From IMG/VR virus record IMGVR_UViG_3300048588_000136, positions 1 through 64,000 of that record: 64,000 nt of DNA. One strand, given 5' to 3'. The stretch comes from a virus. The notes under the pieces were generated by a model. That model was not told the DNA's origin. It did not search any database and saw only the letters and a program-made list of their open reading frames with translations. A program made the translations under genes and the position numbers. Shown here piece after piece: positions 1-9,052 of the stretch; position 1 is the first letter of the stretch; each line of letters starts with the position of its first letter.

Positions 1-1770
1 ATAAAAACCTATGGCGATTTATTTACCGGCGGCGGTGGCGCTACGTTGGGCGCACTGACTGCCGGACTAACGCCACTGTGGGGCAATGAGCTAGATCCGG
101 CCATTGCTGAGGTTGGCAATTACAATCTGGGTGGCCATATCCGTGTCGGGGATGTGTTGGAACAGAACCCACGCAATTACGAACGGGTTGACTTTATGCA
201 CGCCAGCCCGCCTTGCACCCGTGCTAGTGTTGCAAATGGCAGCGCCGAAGTCAATGAGGACGGGCTGAAAGAATCGCCACTTGATATTGCGCTGGCCAAC
301 AAGTGCATTGAGTTTGTGGAAACGCTGCTGCCAGAAATTTTTACGCTTGAAAATGTTTGGGGCTACCGCAAGTTTCAATCATGGCAGGGTGGCCGCAAGT
401 GCGAAGGTATACAGTCAGCGCTTTACCGGCTTGGGTATTGGGTGAGCGTGGAGCATGTGAACTTTGCCGATTTTGGTGTTCCGCAGACGCGCAAACGCAT
501 GATTGTACGTGCCGTGCGTGGCGGCTGGGTGCCACACTTGCCCCAGCCCGTGCCGTGGATTGGTTGGTATGAGGCGATCAGCGATATTTTAGACACACTG
601 CCGGAAAGCCAATTTGCGCCGTGGCAGCTTGCGAGACTAGAACCCAGTTTGCGATTGATGATTGACACTTATCAGGCAGAAAGAAATGAGGGCTATTCGG
701 ATGAATCGATTTCCATTAAAGTTTTGCAAATTTTGCGAGAAAAGGTTGGAACGGAAGCAATACTCGAATGGGGAGCTAGAGTCACCCAAAGATTTCAATC
801 GGAGAAAGTATTGCGACCGCGCCTGCATGGCGAAAGCATACGAACAGACTGCACCAAGTGTTCCGATGAACGAGGACAATGCCCATTATTATTCACGGAA
901 ATTTGTAAAAGATGGGGAGTGCGAGATTTGCGGGGCACAGAATGCGAGCGATGTGCATCACAAAAATGGAGATTGGACAAACAATACACTAGAGAATTTG
1001 CAGCGTATTTGTCGAAGCTGTCATATGAAAATCCACAATCCTCGACCGACATGTTCGGTGGAGGGGTGCAGCAATCCGCACGAATCGAAGGGCTATTGCA
1101 ACAAACACTATCATCGTTTCAAGAAATATGGAGATCCACTGTTCTCGAAAATCAAAACAGTAGATCACAAGAAGTCTCCGACGATTACCCAGGCAGTAAT
1201 AGACGCACGGGCAAAGACAAAGAAATGGGACATTTCATCCGCCCTGATTTCCCGCAATCAAAGAGTTCAACGACGGAAAAAAGCCTAGCCCTACTCGTCT
1301 CCAACGCCAAGACCGAATACAGCGATGGCACACGGCAAGGCGATGACCCCGCTTTTACCGTCACCGGTGAAAGCAACGGGCGAGTGAAGGCGTTTTTGAT
1401 GGGCAAGAACCAAGACAAGTTTGGCGACGGCATACGCTATGCCGTCGAACCGGCGCAAACCATCGGTGCAAATGAGCATGGTAGCAAGGCGTTTATCGCT
1501 GACCAACTAAATGGCGGACGTGATTCAACCGTTCGCTTGTCGGAAGAGCCGGTATTTACGATTACCAACTATAGCACAAAACATCCTGCTCCGAGAGCCT
1601 TTGATGGTGGCCGTGTCGTCGCCATGACGCCAAGAGCGTTAGCGCGGTTCCAATCGTTCCCAGACAGCTACGTTCTGCCCGACAGCAAAACACTAGCCGC
1701 CAAAATCATCGGCAATGCCGTATGTCCGCTGGGCTACCAACGTATTGTGGAGGGCCTATGCAATTTGTAG
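1..1770 (+). CDS. DNA (cytosine-5) methyltransferase, 5'-truncated by the window edge, with a large in-frame insertion
   Basis: Frame is open from base 1 (IKTYGDLFTGGGG = motif I). Also SPPC (IV), ENV (VI), PQTRKR (VIII), R-FQSFPD (IX) and IGNAV (X). Confidence 0.93.
   Translation: MKTYGDLFTGGGGATLGALTAGLTPLWGNELDPAIAEVGNYNLGGHIRVGDVLEQNPRNYERVDFMHASPPCTRASVANGSAEVNEDGLKESPLDIALANKCIEFVETLLPEIFTLENVWGYRKFQSWQGGRKCEGIQSALYRLGYWVSVEHVNFADFGVPQTRKRMIVRAVRGGWVPHLPQPVPWIGWYEAISDILDTLPESQFAPWQLARLEPSLRLMIDTYQAERNEGYSDESISIKVLQILREKVGTEAILEWGARVTQRFQSEKVLRPRLHGESIRTDCTKCSDERGQCPLLFTEICKRWGVRDLRGTECERCASQKWRLDKQYTREFAAYLSKLSYENPQSSTDMFGGGVQQSARIEGLLQQTLSSFQEIWRSTVLENQNSRSQEVSDDYPGSNRRTGKDKEMGHFIRPDFPQSKSSTTEKSLALLVSNAKTEYSDGTRQGDDPAFTVTGESNGRVKAFLMGKNQDKFGDGIRYAVEPAQTIGANEHGSKAFIADQLNGGRDSTVRLSEEPVFTITNYSTKHPAPRAFDGGRVVAMTPRALARFQSFPDSYVLPDSKTLAAKIIGNAVCPLGYQRIVEGLCNL
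686..1288 (+). CDS. HNH endonuclease with Zn-finger motifs, nested in an alternate frame of the MTase
   Basis: CKFC, KYCDRAC, CEICG..DVHHKNGDWTNNTLENLQRICRSCH (HNH), CSVEGC..GYCNKHY. ATG at 686 follows purine-rich AGAAAGAA. Confidence 0.88.
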   Translation: MRAIRMNRFPLKFCKFCEKRLERKQYSNGELESPKDFNRRKYCDRACMAKAYEQTAPSVPMNEDNAHYYSRKFVKDGECEICGAQNASDVHHKNGDWTNNTLENLQRICRSCHMKIHNPRPTCSVEGCSNPHESKGYCNKHYHRFKKYGDPLFSKIKTVDHKKSPTITQAVIDARAKTKKWDISSALISRNQRVQRRKKA

Positions 1771-1958
1771 ACTTCCCCCCGTCGCCCCGTGTTGTTGCCC
1801 CAACGCCGCACGACAGCGCCGAGCAACAGATGCGCTGGATGCTGCTCGATATGCACCGCTACTGGTGGCAGGCGACCGAACACCGCAACGTAGACGACCG
1901 CAGCAGATTGACGGCGGAAATTCGGCGTGAGTGGATAGAGCAAGGTGGCAGTCGATGA
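1758..1958 (+). CDS. hypothetical protein
   Basis: ATG after GGAGGG, overlaps MTase stop and next start. Confidence 0.55.
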   Translation: MQFVDFPPSPRVVAPTPHDSAEQQMRWMLLDMHRYWWQATEHRNVDDRSRLTAEIRREWIEQGGSR

Positions 1959-2257
1959 CGCAGCCTATCAGAACCGGCTACCACGCCCAACGGCGCCCCA
2001 AGCGCAACCCGGCGCCGTTAGGGCTGACTAACGCTGAGTGGCGCATTGTACAGGCTATTTGCAACGGGTGTGACTCACGGGCAGAGCTGGCCGAGCGGTT
2101 CGGGTTGAGCCGCCGCACGATTGACACGCATACGCACAACATTGAAACGAAGCTAAAGACAGATAATCGGCTTGGTGTAGTGCTGCGTGTGCTACATGAT
2201 GACAACGCCCGCCGGTTGTGTTGGACAGGGCTGCGAATTGAGGAGGTATCGACATGA
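1955..2257 (+). CDS. LuxR/GerE-type HTH transcriptional regulator
   Basis: LTNAEWRIVQAI..RAELAERFGLSRRTIDTHTHNIETKL matches the LuxR C-terminal HTH. Confidence 0.85.
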   Translation: MTQPIRTGYHAQRRPKRNPAPLGLTNAEWRIVQAICNGCDSRAELAERFGLSRRTIDTHTHNIETKLKTDNRLGVVLRVLHDDNARRLCWTGLRIEEVST

Positions 2258-2408
2258 ACAACATTAATCAGCAACGTCTCGCCGATTGTCACCGTCAGTG
2301 CGCAGAGTGGCGGCGCAGCGCCTGTGCCGGATGGCTCGTGGCGCTAGTCGGCTGGGCGACGGCCGTAGGGCTGGCAGTGTGGGCGATGCCCAGGACGGGG
2401 TGGTGAGT

Positions 2409-3224
2409 ATGCTAATCAATGATCATTTTCAGAACTTCAAAAGCTATAACATTCCGCGGGCGCAGCTTGTCGTTGCCGATATTCCGTATAACATAGGCAA
2501 CGACGCTTACGGTAGCAACCCGCAGTGGTATGTGGACGGCGACAACAAGAACGGCGAAAGTGAGCTGGCCGGTAAATCGTTTTTTGATACTGATGAGAAT
2601 TTCAAGCCGACAGAGTTCATGCATTTCTGTAGCAAGCTCATGATCAAGGAGCCGAAAGAGCGCGGCAAGGCTCCATGTATGATCGTCTTCTGCTCGTTTG
2701 AACAGCAGTTCTACCTGATTGAGCTTGCACGCAAGTATGGCATCAACAACTACATCAATCTGGTTTTTCGTAAGAAGTTTAGCGCGCAGGTACTGAAGGC
2801 TAACATGCGGGTTGTTGGTAACGCTGAGTACGGTCTGTTGCTCTACCGTGACAAGCTGCCAAAGTTCAATAACAACGGCAAGATGATCTTCAATGTCATG
2901 GAATGGGAGGATGACCGGGATGAACTCTACCGGAAGATTCATCCGACACAGAAACCGGTAGCCTTGCTGGAACGGTTGATTAATATCTTCACAGATCCCG
3001 GCGATGTGGTAATTGATCCGTGCGCCGGCAGTGGGTCAACGTTGATTGCAGCGCACAACCTGGGACGTAAGGGATACGGCTTTGAAATCAAAAAGAACTT
3101 TTATGTAGAGGCAAACGCTTGGATAGCCCATAATGAGCAGGTACGCGCCGAAATCAAGACGACCGGCTATTCGCGTACCTTGGCAGAAGCGCAGAACCCT
3201 GGGCAGGCGTTTTTGTTTCAGTAG
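2409..3224 (+). CDS. site-specific DNA methyltransferase (N6-A/N4-C, beta class)
   Basis: DIPY catalytic motif, HPTQKPVALLERLI, DPCAGSGST SAM-binding motif. Confidence 0.93.
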   Translation: MLINDHFQNFKSYNIPRAQLVVADIPYNIGNDAYGSNPQWYVDGDNKNGESELAGKSFFDTDENFKPTEFMHFCSKLMIKEPKERGKAPCMIVFCSFEQQFYLIELARKYGINNYINLVFRKKFSAQVLKANMRVVGNAEYGLLLYRDKLPKFNNNGKMIFNVMEWEDDRDELYRKIHPTQKPVALLERLINIFTDPGDVVIDPCAGSGSTLIAAHNLGRKGYGFEIKKNFYVEANAWIAHNEQVRAEIKTTGYSRTLAEAQNPGQAFLFQ

Positions 3225-3233
3225 GGAGACCGC

Positions 3234-3515
3234 ATGACACAACCAACCACCATCGCCGCCCTCACTGCCGCCAACGACCACCTGCGCCAGAAACTCGCCA
3301 CCGCCGACGCTATCATTGCCGACGCCGCGCTGACGGTGCAGGATGTGTTGACCGAGAATCGAGCGCTGCGGCGTGAGATTGAATTTGTTGAGGCGATGTT
3401 GCAAGACGAGATCCACACGTCGCAGGTGCGTGCGCAGCGCATAGCTGAGTTGGAACTGATGCTAAGTGCCACGACGAAGGCGCAACAGGTGACGATAGAG
3501 TTGCTGGCGAAATAG
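3234..3515 (+). CDS. hypothetical coiled-coil protein
   Basis: RBS GGGAG, heptad-rich sequence. Confidence 0.6.
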   Translation: MTQPTTIAALTAANDHLRQKLATADAIIADAALTVQDVLTENRALRREIEFVEAMLQDEIHTSQVRAQRIAELELMLSATTKAQQVTIELLAK

Positions 3516-3549
3516 GCGCTATACTTTTTATAGCGAAAGGAGCTAACTG

Positions 3550-4680
3550 ATGGCACTACTTGAAACAATGACCGCAGACGAAGCAATCAAGCATGGTGTG
3601 ACAGTGTACCCGCATGTGGCGGAACCGCAAGCGCAACCGCTAGATTTGTCGCCGTGGACACTGTCGCCGTGGGCAAAGTGGGTGGCGGCGGATGCAGATG
3701 GCTATGTGGATGAATATGAATGCAAGCCGCATACGGATCGAGAAATGTGGGCATATGGTGGTCGATGTAAGATTGTTGGCCGTATTGACATGACCGGCAT
3801 CGATTGGCGCCAAACGCTGACGCCGGTGAACCAGGCCGACACCATTGAAGCTGCCCGCTGCATTCTTTCCGGCTTGACCGGCGGTGAATCGTCCGAGGTG
3901 GTGCAGCGGCGATTGTGGGGATACGAGGATGATGCGCAGCCGTGGTGTGAGCAGTGCAATCTGCCGCTTGACATTTGCCGCGGACACGATGATGGCGCTC
4001 AGTCTTCCGACTGGATGCAAGCGCATATTGCGGCAGAGGTGGCGGCGATTGACGAGCATGAAGCGTTCGCCTTCGCTGCTAACGCCGCGGTATCGCTTGA
4101 TAACATTGTGCTGAAACCATCCACCATTGACGTTGCCCACCACCACACGTACCCGTTAATCCACTGTGAGTGCGGCATGGCGTTCGTGCTGCTTGGCTGT
4201 GTGGCTGACACCGTATTCGAGCAGGGTACGCCGCCATTTTGCCCGTACTGTGGCAAGGGGCTAACCCCGCCGCCGCAGGTTGCCATTCATGCCGACGCTA
4301 TCCCCGCAGATGTGGCGTCGGCATTGCTGGCGCACCATAGCGCGGCATGGTGCGAACGGCTGTGCGATGAGTTGGCGAAGTTGTTGCCGTCTGTGCTAGT
4401 GTGGCAACTATCAACGCTGGATGGTGACGCCCTTGTCAACGCTGCTCGCCAACTGGCATATACCGACAGCGCCAAAGCCAACATGATTGCGGAGGCGCTG
4501 TGGAGTGAGGCAATGGACGCAGAGAACGCACGAATGGACACAGCGTTTCAATCTGCGGTCACGGTAGGACAACCAATAACGGCACGAGTAACGGCGACTG
4601 TGGTACGTCCTGAGTTCAGTGTTGATTACGACGCTGACGAATGTGACACCATGCCGGCAATGGCGGGGAGTGTGACGTAA
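3550..4680 (+). CDS. hypothetical mosaic protein with Zn-ribbon motifs
   Basis: RBS AAGGAG; CEQC, CECG..CPYCG motifs; phage-type WAKWVAADADG segment. Confidence 0.7.
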   Translation: MALLETMTADEAIKHGVTVYPHVAEPQAQPLDLSPWTLSPWAKWVAADADGYVDEYECKPHTDREMWAYGGRCKIVGRIDMTGIDWRQTLTPVNQADTIEAARCILSGLTGGESSEVVQRRLWGYEDDAQPWCEQCNLPLDICRGHDDGAQSSDWMQAHIAAEVAAIDEHEAFAFAANAAVSLDNIVLKPSTIDVAHHHTYPLIHCECGMAFVLLGCVADTVFEQGTPPFCPYCGKGLTPPPQVAIHADAIPADVASALLAHHSAAWCERLCDELAKLLPSVLVWQLSTLDGDALVNAARQLAYTDSAKANMIAEALWSEAMDAENARMDTAFQSAVTVGQPITARVTATVVRPEFSVDYDADECDTMPAMAGSVT

Positions 4681-4681
4681 C

Positions 4682-4873
4682 ATGGATAAGGTACTGCAAC
4701 TATTGTCTGCGCTTGTTACTGGGCTAACCATTGGGGGCATTTTTGTCTACTGGTGGCAGAATCCGGCACTGACTGAGATGCAACTATTCCAAGAGACGTG
4801 GCAATTGTGGGTCGTGGGCTTCTTTGTTGACACCATGTTAGCATTGATGTTGGCAAGTCGCAGAGACGCCTAG
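4682..4873 (+). CDS. small two-TM membrane protein
   Basis: two hydrophobic stretches, directly follows upstream gene. Confidence 0.55.
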   Translation: MDKVLQLLSALVTGLTIGGIFVYWWQNPALTEMQLFQETWQLWVVGFFVDTMLALMLASRRDA

Positions 4874-5160
4874 AGCCACAGCACAGAACGCCACAGAACG
4901 TGCTAGAACGCATTGCGACGCGTTTTCGTGCGTTTCTGGACGCCCTGTTGCCTTCTACGTGCATTCTATGGCGTCGGCGGCGCAACTGTGACGGCGAGAA
5001 TGCGCACAGAATTGTGCTAGGCCGCATAGAAGGCGGTCACATTGAACGCAGCGTAAATACACGCACTGTTTTGAGTTGATGCAATTTCGGGCGTTTCTAT
5101 AGGCTGAAATATCAGCCACGGGCGAAAATACAACCAGCCGCGTGGCGCCATTCTGGAAAG
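4864..5160. repeat. non-coding locus of phased AGAA(C/T/G)G repeats in both orientations
   Basis: AGAACG at 4885, 4895 and 4905 (10-bp period). Inverted copies GCGTTTCT 4930, GCCTTCTA 4950, GCATTCTA 4961. Forward AGAATGC 4997 and TAGAAGGC 5027. Confidence 0.7.
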
Positions 5161-5169
5161 GGGTGGATT

Positions 5170-5493
5170 GTGATAACTAGTATTGATGTGCGAAATGAAG
5201 TTACGATAGACTATGGTGGCAGTGATATCGTGGTGCCGCCACACTCACAACGTGTGTTTCTCGAAGTATGGCGCAATGGCGCAATGGAGGTCTTGTTTTA
5301 CAACGAGGCTCAGCCCGATTGTGATTCGAGTGACAGAATCCATTGGATGGTTACCGGCTTCGATGGTGAGCGGCGCGGTTTTCTGATGAACGTTGAGGAT
5401 GCTATTGCCTCCATTCGTGGTTTGTCGTTAGGTATTCAGTATGCGTTAGCGGCGGATGTGCCGGTAAAGCCAGGTGACAGCAATGGTAAGTAG
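5170..5493 (+). CDS. hypothetical protein
   Basis: ORF with upstream GGGG/GGA RBS, in operon context. Confidence 0.6.
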   Translation: MITSIDVRNEVTIDYGGSDIVVPPHSQRVFLEVWRNGAMEVLFYNEAQPDCDSSDRIHWMVTGFDGERRGFLMNVEDAIASIRGLSLGIQYALAADVPVKPGDSNGK

Positions 5494-5848
5494 TGGTGTT
5501 ACACGTACTGTGTTAGCTATCGGTGAAATCGTAATTAAGATTCCCAGTCTCCGCCACGGGATGCGTTATTTCGTTATGGGTATGCTAGGCAACGTCCTAG
5601 AACGTGAACATTGGCGACTGTATCAGCACCCACAGTTAGCGCCTGCTTATCATTGTGGTCCGTTCGGGTTGTGGCTAGTAATGAAGCGTTATCGGAACAT
5701 TGTCAATCGTCAATTGACGGAAGATGAACGGCGAACGCTGCCATTTATTGGGATAGACGATAATGGTGCGAACGTGGCGATTGATGAGGGTAAGCTTATT
5801 CTTGTTGACTATGGCAATCCTACGTGGTTTTACTTTGCGATGAATTAA
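5483..5848 (+). CDS. minimal protein-kinase-like fold protein
   Basis: SGVTRTV (Gly loop), VIKIP (Lys), LVMKR, D-x-x-x-x-N (DDNGAN), LVDYG (DFG-like). Confidence 0.6.
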   Translation: MVSSGVTRTVLAIGEIVIKIPSLRHGMRYFVMGMLGNVLEREHWRLYQHPQLAPAYHCGPFGLWLVMKRYRNIVNRQLTEDERRTLPFIGIDDNGANVAIDEGKLILVDYGNPTWFYFAMN

Positions 5849-5862
5849 AGGGGTTGGGAGAT

Positions 5863-6096
5863 ATGAACGAAATCTCTATGGTACAAATCAAAGCAATGTT
5901 AGCCGATGAAGGCACCCGTGCTCAGGCGCTGGATCGGATGGGGGAATGGGCGAAGGATACTTGCTTAATGGCTGGATCTGAGGCGACAACGGCGTACAAG
6001 GTGGCGTCAACGCTAGTCAGTGGGATAAGCGAAGTGTACGAGGGTGCGCCAGCAGGCAAAGGATGGTGGCGCAAGAAGGATAAAGTGATAGCATGA
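5863..6096 (+). CDS. hypothetical protein
   Basis: RBS GGGAG, coupled to next gene (ATGA). Confidence 0.6.
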   Translation: MNEISMVQIKAMLADEGTRAQALDRMGEWAKDTCLMAGSEATTAYKVASTLVSGISEVYEGAPAGKGWWRKKDKVIA

Positions 6097-6383
6097 AAAC
6101 AGAAGACCGTGACCGAATCCTGCAACTGGTGGCGTATGTCAAAAACATGAGCTATCAGACCAAACAGGCGATGATGGATGGTAGCAACTATGACCGTCTA
6201 TGGGATAATCTGCAAGCCGCCGTCAAGCTGTGCAATCCTATCGTTAATTCGCTAAACCAGCCACGTCGGGAAAGTTACTGCCCCGACTGCGGTGAATTTC
6301 ACCCAATAGAGGAAAGCGGACCCGATTTTGTTTGTGCGAAATGCCGCTTGGTGCTGATGACGTTTCGGGAGGTGGCGCTGTGA
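6093..6383 (+). CDS. Zn-ribbon hypothetical protein
   Basis: CPDCG..CAKC. Confidence 0.6.
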   Translation: MKTEDRDRILQLVAYVKNMSYQTKQAMMDGSNYDRLWDNLQAAVKLCNPIVNSLNQPRRESYCPDCGEFHPIEESGPDFVCAKCRLVLMTFREVAL

Positions 6384-6847
6384 ACTACAAACGCACCAAG
6401 CCCAACGCCGAACCGTGGAAGCGTAAGCTGGTTGTAAATCTCGATTCGCATACGGTAGACGCAGCGCATGCTATCGACGATATGATTGCCCGCCTGCCAC
6501 CATTGCCGAAAATGAGTGAACGGACGAATGGCGTCGAGGGCGCACCCGGTGTTCTATCGCTATCTTTGCTAGCAACGGCGTTTCCGGCGCTTAATCAGGC
6601 ATTGCAAGGCGTTGCACACATTGAGCGCCAGATAGCCGACCTATGCGCTGTGTCCGGCGCCGATACCAGCGACATAGAGCAACGCACCGGCATGGCACGT
6701 CCAAACGTTACGGCTGAGTACGTGCGTTCGGTACTATTCAGCGATGAGCTAGAGATCTATACCAATGATGTCGCTGAGTACAGCCGACGCCTAAACTACC
6801 TACGGCGGCGCTACATGCAGGCGGGTGAATGGCCGGTGATGCCATGA
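6380..6847 (+). CDS. hypothetical protein
   Basis: GTG start after GGAGG, coupled overlaps on both sides. Confidence 0.6.
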   Translation: MNYKRTKPNAEPWKRKLVVNLDSHTVDAAHAIDDMIARLPPLPKMSERTNGVEGAPGVLSLSLLATAFPALNQALQGVAHIERQIADLCAVSGADTSDIEQRTGMARPNVTAEYVRSVLFSDELEIYTNDVAEYSRRLNYLRRRYMQAGEWPVMP

Positions 6848-7206
6848 AAATCAAACGTAAGCGCATTGATGAACTACTCGACGCAGCATTCCTCACCGGC
6901 GGCGCCAGCACAACGACCACGACGACTGTGCCACAATCGACGTTGGCACTGGACGCATATCTGAAGATGCGAGATGCCATGTCGCCCGTGGTGTTCTACA
7001 TGGTCAGTGAGCATGTAGAGAGCACGACAGCGGTTTATCAAATCCCTAATGATCAGGCACGGGCCGGTTATGATTTGGTGTGTCATCCAAATTGTGTCGC
7101 TGAATTGGAGGCACGAATGGCGGGCGTGTGCCGATTGCGTCCAATAGATGCTGCTGAATGGCGCCGACGGAGCGATGAGATGGCGAGGAAGATGCTAAAG
7201 TCATGA
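6844..7206 (+). CDS. hypothetical protein
   Basis: ATGA coupling at both ends. Confidence 0.6.
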   Translation: MKIKRKRIDELLDAAFLTGGASTTTTTTVPQSTLALDAYLKMRDAMSPVVFYMVSEHVESTTAVYQIPNDQARAGYDLVCHPNCVAELEARMAGVCRLRPIDAAEWRRRSDEMARKMLKS

Positions 7207-7445
7207 CCACTTGGCACACCACCACGCCGCCGCCGGACGGCCGCTATCTCGTCACGCTGTCTATCGGCACCGTCCACGAGGCATGGCACATTACCGACGC
7301 CGACATCGCACCGATGCTCGTTGACGGACGTTGGCGGATTAGCGATGAGACGGAACAGCGCCGGGCACTGCGGACGGGCTCCACGGTCACGGCATGGGCG
7401 ATGATGCCGGCGAGGTATGTGGCGGAGAAAAGCGCGAAAATTTAA
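7203..7445 (+). CDS. hypothetical protein (DUF551-like)
   Basis: W....PP.DG.YLVT and VTAWAMMP pattern. Confidence 0.55.
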   Translation: MTTWHTTTPPPDGRYLVTLSIGTVHEAWHITDADIAPMLVDGRWRISDETEQRRALRTGSTVTAWAMMPARYVAEKSAKI

Positions 7446-7484
7446 CATTTGGGTGCTAGGTGTACACACCTGTAAAACTCGCTA

Positions 7485-7513
7485 TTGACATGTGCTTTGC
7501 ATCGTGATACAAT
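7485..7513 (+). promoter_or_regulatory. sigma70-type promoter for the FtsK module
   Basis: TTGACA-17bp-TACAAT with extended -10 TG. Confidence 0.85.
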
Positions 7514-7558
7514 TAGTTCATTCGTACTAACGAAACTAGCGGAAAAAGAGGGGAGAAA

Positions 7559-7750
7559 TTGAAGCAGCGTGTAGGGTATAAAATTAGCGAAATCACAGTT
7601 GACGCGTTGAGATATTTGCAAGGAGAATCGCCTGGCAGAACGGAAACATCAATAGTTGAAGACGCAATCATCAGCGCCGCCATCGCAAAAGGATGGCGCA
7701 AGCCGAAACGAAAGGCGAAAACAAAGGAAGAACAGCAGGATAGTGAGTAG
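7559..7750 (+). CDS. small ribbon-helix-helix-like regulator
   Basis: RBS GAGGGGAG + TTG; beta strand VGYKI then two helices; basic tail. Confidence 0.6.
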   Translation: MKQRVGYKISEITVDALRYLQGESPGRTETSIVEDAIISAAIAKGWRKPKRKAKTKEEQQDSE

Positions 7751-7873
7751 TAGCAGTAAGTAGTAAACGGCTGACATAGCATCGTGAACATGCCATGCCA
7801 GCCTATCAATACAAGCCGAGAGTGCCGGCCGATATTGATGCGGTGATCATATCACTAGCATCGTTTGTTGACA

Positions 7874-7905
7874 AGCCGGCATCCATTTTGGATGGCCGGC
7901 TTTTT
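7874..7905 (+). terminator. intrinsic terminator/attenuator ahead of the FtsK operon
   Basis: AGCCGGCATCCA-TTT-TGGATGGCCGGCT followed by TTTT. Confidence 0.8.
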
Positions 7906-7933
7906 CATTTTCCGACAGAAAGGACAACACAAC

Positions 7934-8200
7934 ATGGCGCAACGAATTAAAGTTAGTCTCGATAGTTTTTCCAACCCGTCAAACGGGCAAACGTACGGCT
8001 ATGCGGGGCAGCGGCGTACCACCCCTGACACGCAGTGTGCCGGCGGTGTGTATATGTTCTCGGATAGAGACGCCGACATCCTACGCAACGGCGGGACCGT
8101 GGTGGGTTTTGATGGGGTTGAGTATTACGCCGATCCTAATCCTGGCCCAGCGTGGACACCGGAGCCGGAAGCACGGAAAAAGTTTTTAGGGATTTTCTAG
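7934..8200 (+). CDS. hypothetical protein
   Basis: RBS AAAGGA, C-terminal amphipathic KKFLGIF. Confidence 0.65.
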   Translation: MAQRIKVSLDSFSNPSNGQTYGYAGQRRTTPDTQCAGGVYMFSDRDADILRNGGTVVGFDGVEYYADPNPGPAWTPEPEARKKFLGIF

Positions 8201-8257
8201 GGTGGCGGCTACATCGTGAAATAGCCAGATTTTTTTCTGGCAGAAAGGGCAAGCGCA

Positions 8258-8461
8258 GTGGCAAACAAACAGTATGAGATTCTCAACCAAATCGGGCACG
8301 CTGGACATGGCGTGCCCGATGGACGCCCGATGACGCAGGAAGAAATGGATGCATGCAATGACGCCATCCTGGCGATTACCAACGGGTGGCGCAGTAACGA
8401 CGGTAGTGATTATGAACTGCCTGGCATTCCAAAGGCACAGACGCGAAAGGCGCTTAAATAA
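8258..8461 (+). CDS. hypothetical protein
   Basis: RBS AAAGGG + GTG. Confidence 0.5.
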   Translation: MANKQYEILNQIGHAGHGVPDGRPMTQEEMDACNDAILAITNGWRSNDGSDYELPGIPKAQTRKALK

Positions 8462-8462
8462 C

Positions 8463-8936
8463 ATGACAGTGATGAAATCGACAACGCCCAATGCGACGGC
8501 GAAAGCGGCCAGCAATCGGCGCGGCTTAGTGACAACCGGCGTCATTGCTGGCGCAGCACTGTTGGCACTGTATGGCGGCCGTCCGTGGCTTGGTTACAGC
8601 GCCACACCCAATGCTACAAAGCCGACCGTTACCAGTGCTGCGCCGGCTGAAACGGTGGCCGATAGCGGTGATCTGGCTGTGGGTGACACATTGGCATTCG
8701 ACAGCGCTCACGGCAAGGTGCTGCTGTCCGTGCAGTCTGTTGACGGTGACACCGTAACCGTGACCGATGCGGACGGCGATGAGATGACCGTCAATCGTGA
8801 AATGCTGACTGGCGGCACGCTACCGGCGAGCAACACCGAGGCGAACGCCGACCACATGATGGCAGTAATTGCCCAGCGGGCGGCGAGCGGTTATTACGTT
8901 CGGCACGCTGGGGTAAACGGCGCTCATGGAAAATAA
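8463..8936 (+). CDS. single-TM membrane protein
   Basis: GLVTTGVIAGAALLALYGG TM, Pro/Thr linker, small beta domain. Confidence 0.65.
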   Translation: MTVMKSTTPNATAKAASNRRGLVTTGVIAGAALLALYGGRPWLGYSATPNATKPTVTSAAPAETVADSGDLAVGDTLAFDSAHGKVLLSVQSVDGDTVTVTDADGDEMTVNREMLTGGTLPASNTEANADHMMAVIAQRAASGYYVRHAGVNGAHGK

Positions 8937-9052
8937 CTTCGGCGCCGTGATGTTTGAGGTGATTGTGTTCGTCGCCGTCGCTGTTGCCATCCATAGTGGT
9001 GCAGCAATGGCGGTGGTAGAGTGGCTGATGAGTATCAAGTATTAGGAGGTTT

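Noticed and set aside
655-1290. Intein or group I intron in the MTase
   Set aside because: No C/S...HN intein termini, the nuclease is in a different frame, and there is no non-coding room for an intron core. Splicing is not formally excluded.
4864-5160. CRISPR array
   Set aside because: Repeats are 6-8 bp with no 25-40 bp repeat/spacer structure, and no cas genes are present.
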